Origin: Eledone cirrhosa
Taxonomy: Eukaryota
Assembly (NCBI GenBank): GCA_964016885.1
Contig: OZ024750.1
Span: forward strand, 26,350,001-26,414,000
Direction of reading: 5' to 3'
DNA: 64,000 nucleotides
The position numbers and the translations under genes are program-made. The notes below the pieces were generated by a model. The model made no database searches, was not told where the DNA came from, and saw nothing but the letters and a program-made list of their open reading frames with translations. Shown piece by piece: positions 62,176 through 64,000 of this stretch. The stretch's first letter is position 1; every line of letters begins with the position of its first letter.

Positions 62176-62715
62176 GTGAGTTGATTGTTTTATTAACTGT
62201 TGAATGTCTATACTTAGTTTAATAAAACTGTAATATTCTCGAAAACCAAAGAAATTTTATATATACATATATATAAAAAAGAGTCAGGACCCCGACGGCT
62301 GAGCTCCGGACGTTTCGACAGCTAAATCTGAACTAAGCCACCAGTATTACAACGTGTCGGTGTGTGTGTGTCTGCGTGTCTGCGTGTCTGTGTGCGTGCG
62401 TGTATGTTTATTTATATATTTTTATACAAACTAACACACTTTAAAATATTAATAAGAAAATATATGATCACGTGACAACCTGGTTGAGCCTGTTTTGTTT
62501 GGGAAGCCTGAATTTCATGATGGGTGCATTTCGATATATTGGGTCCTACATCTATCACCCACACACTGTTGACATAAAATATCCATCTGCACAGTGTTAT
62601 AGCACAGCTATATTTATGTGTATCTATATCTCTTCAAATAATAAACGCAACATATATATCTCGGTTTATCTATTTAGCTGCAGTTCTTCTATCCATTTTC
62701 TAACTATCTATCTTT

Positions 62716-63240
62716 CCTTGAAAGGTCGAGTGGAGGTGGCGAATACTTACATAGCGAATTTCTGTTTTCCTCTGTATAGTGGCTATGGTAAAAAAGTTAT
62801 ATGGTGGACAAGATGGAGAGGGCTGAGGACAGATGCCTTTCACTCCGGACAACTCATTCCCTTCTTTAGATACCACTTTAGAAGTAAAATCAGAGTGGAG
62901 AGAGAGGGACTGCACCCCAGTAAATTAAACTGGAATGTGGGTGAATGGAGCAAAAGTGGCCCGAGAGATTGGGCCTTCTCTGTATATAAACCTGTAGGTT
63001 GAAGAAGAGAGCAAAAGAAAGAATGGAGCACTTGCACAGCACGCTCCTGGAGTTGAGGGTTGTTCAATCTACGGGGTATAAAACAAACCATTTGTAGCGC
63101 CTCCCCCCTGTTGGGGATTTTAATTGTTGAATTTGTGAATTTGTTTGTTAAATTTTTTTTTACACTTTTGTATGTAAAATCCCCGGCATATATCCTTGTA
63201 TTGTCCTCTTTTCTTGTGCGCTCTTCTGGCAAATAAAGAA

Positions 63241-63241
<1 letters not shown>
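62716..63241 (+). mobile_element. Tx1-clade 3' fragment followed by (TCTA)n, paralog of 20990-21513
   Basis: KVIWWTRWRGLRTDAF; aataaagaaa followed by (tcta)n. Confidence 0.85.
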
Positions 63242-63286
<45 letters not shown>

Positions 63287-64000
63287 AAGTCTGTCCTGTT
63301 AGTCCGTACATCCTTCCGTCCATTCGTCCATCGATCCATCCCGGCTTTTTAGTGTATTGTTTATTGTCAATTACGTGCGTTGATGCTGTTCAATTAAATT
63401 TACATAAATTCAAAAAAATTGCAAGGCACATAATGGACCGATTAATCTTATGTCCACTAATAAATGCAGAAATATCTTACATCTTTACTGTATTTTAAAA
63501 AGTAGGAAATATTGGTCGATAGACTACAATAGGCACGCCTAGCTAAAACAACATTATTTTATAATCTTCTCTACGTACGCTCACTTCTCAATTTCATTTC
63601 CTTCTCTACATTTCTTTTGACTCTCATTTTTCCTCTTTCTTTTTTTCTGACCCATCTCTCCTATCTTAACATCACGCCCTCTCTTAGTTTTTGAGTGACT
63701 ACTTCGTTGGTTGTCATGCAAACCTGTAACTAACTGCTTAGAATAAGCATGGCATCTTCAGCTACATCTGTATATATCTGTTACTAAATCACATAAGAGA
63801 GACGAAATGTAGCTCGAGATTAGTGAGATAAAATCTCTTGTGGTGGTACCATTTGAAATAGTATAACTGTTTATACATTTTTGTGGGTTGCTCAGATGTC
63901 TAGCCACCCTATATAAGACCCGAATGTTATTGAACATGATTAAACAAAGGTTTCAGTGTGAGAATAACATGATAGCTTGCCGTGTTCCTTTCAGGATCAT

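Overview
AT-rich, microsatellite-laden eukaryotic DNA, most likely an octopus or other cephalopod; this is inferred from the SINE/LINE types and base composition, not proven. The window holds two tandem ~40-kb copies of a plus-strand, intron-rich gene with a signal-peptide exon, 132-135-nt phase-1 laminin-type EGF exons (MEGF10/SREC-like) and a charged (DSGK)n tail exon. Introns and intergenic DNA are filled with decayed Penelope-like elements (PLEs), a tandem array of Tx1-clade LINEs in (TCTA)n, an R4/Dong-like LINE, a CRE-like LINE, and SINEs. The main signal missed by the ORF track is about 20 minimal type-I hammerhead ribozyme (HHR) motifs from roughly 10 unrelated sequence families, all tied to PLE termini. 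They show palindromic helix III loops, recurrent non-canonical U.U or A.A closure of helix II, two families with ~100-nt branched helix II insertions, and one family copied together with the EGF exon cassette. All folds were deduced by eye, and coordinates of large repeats are approximate.
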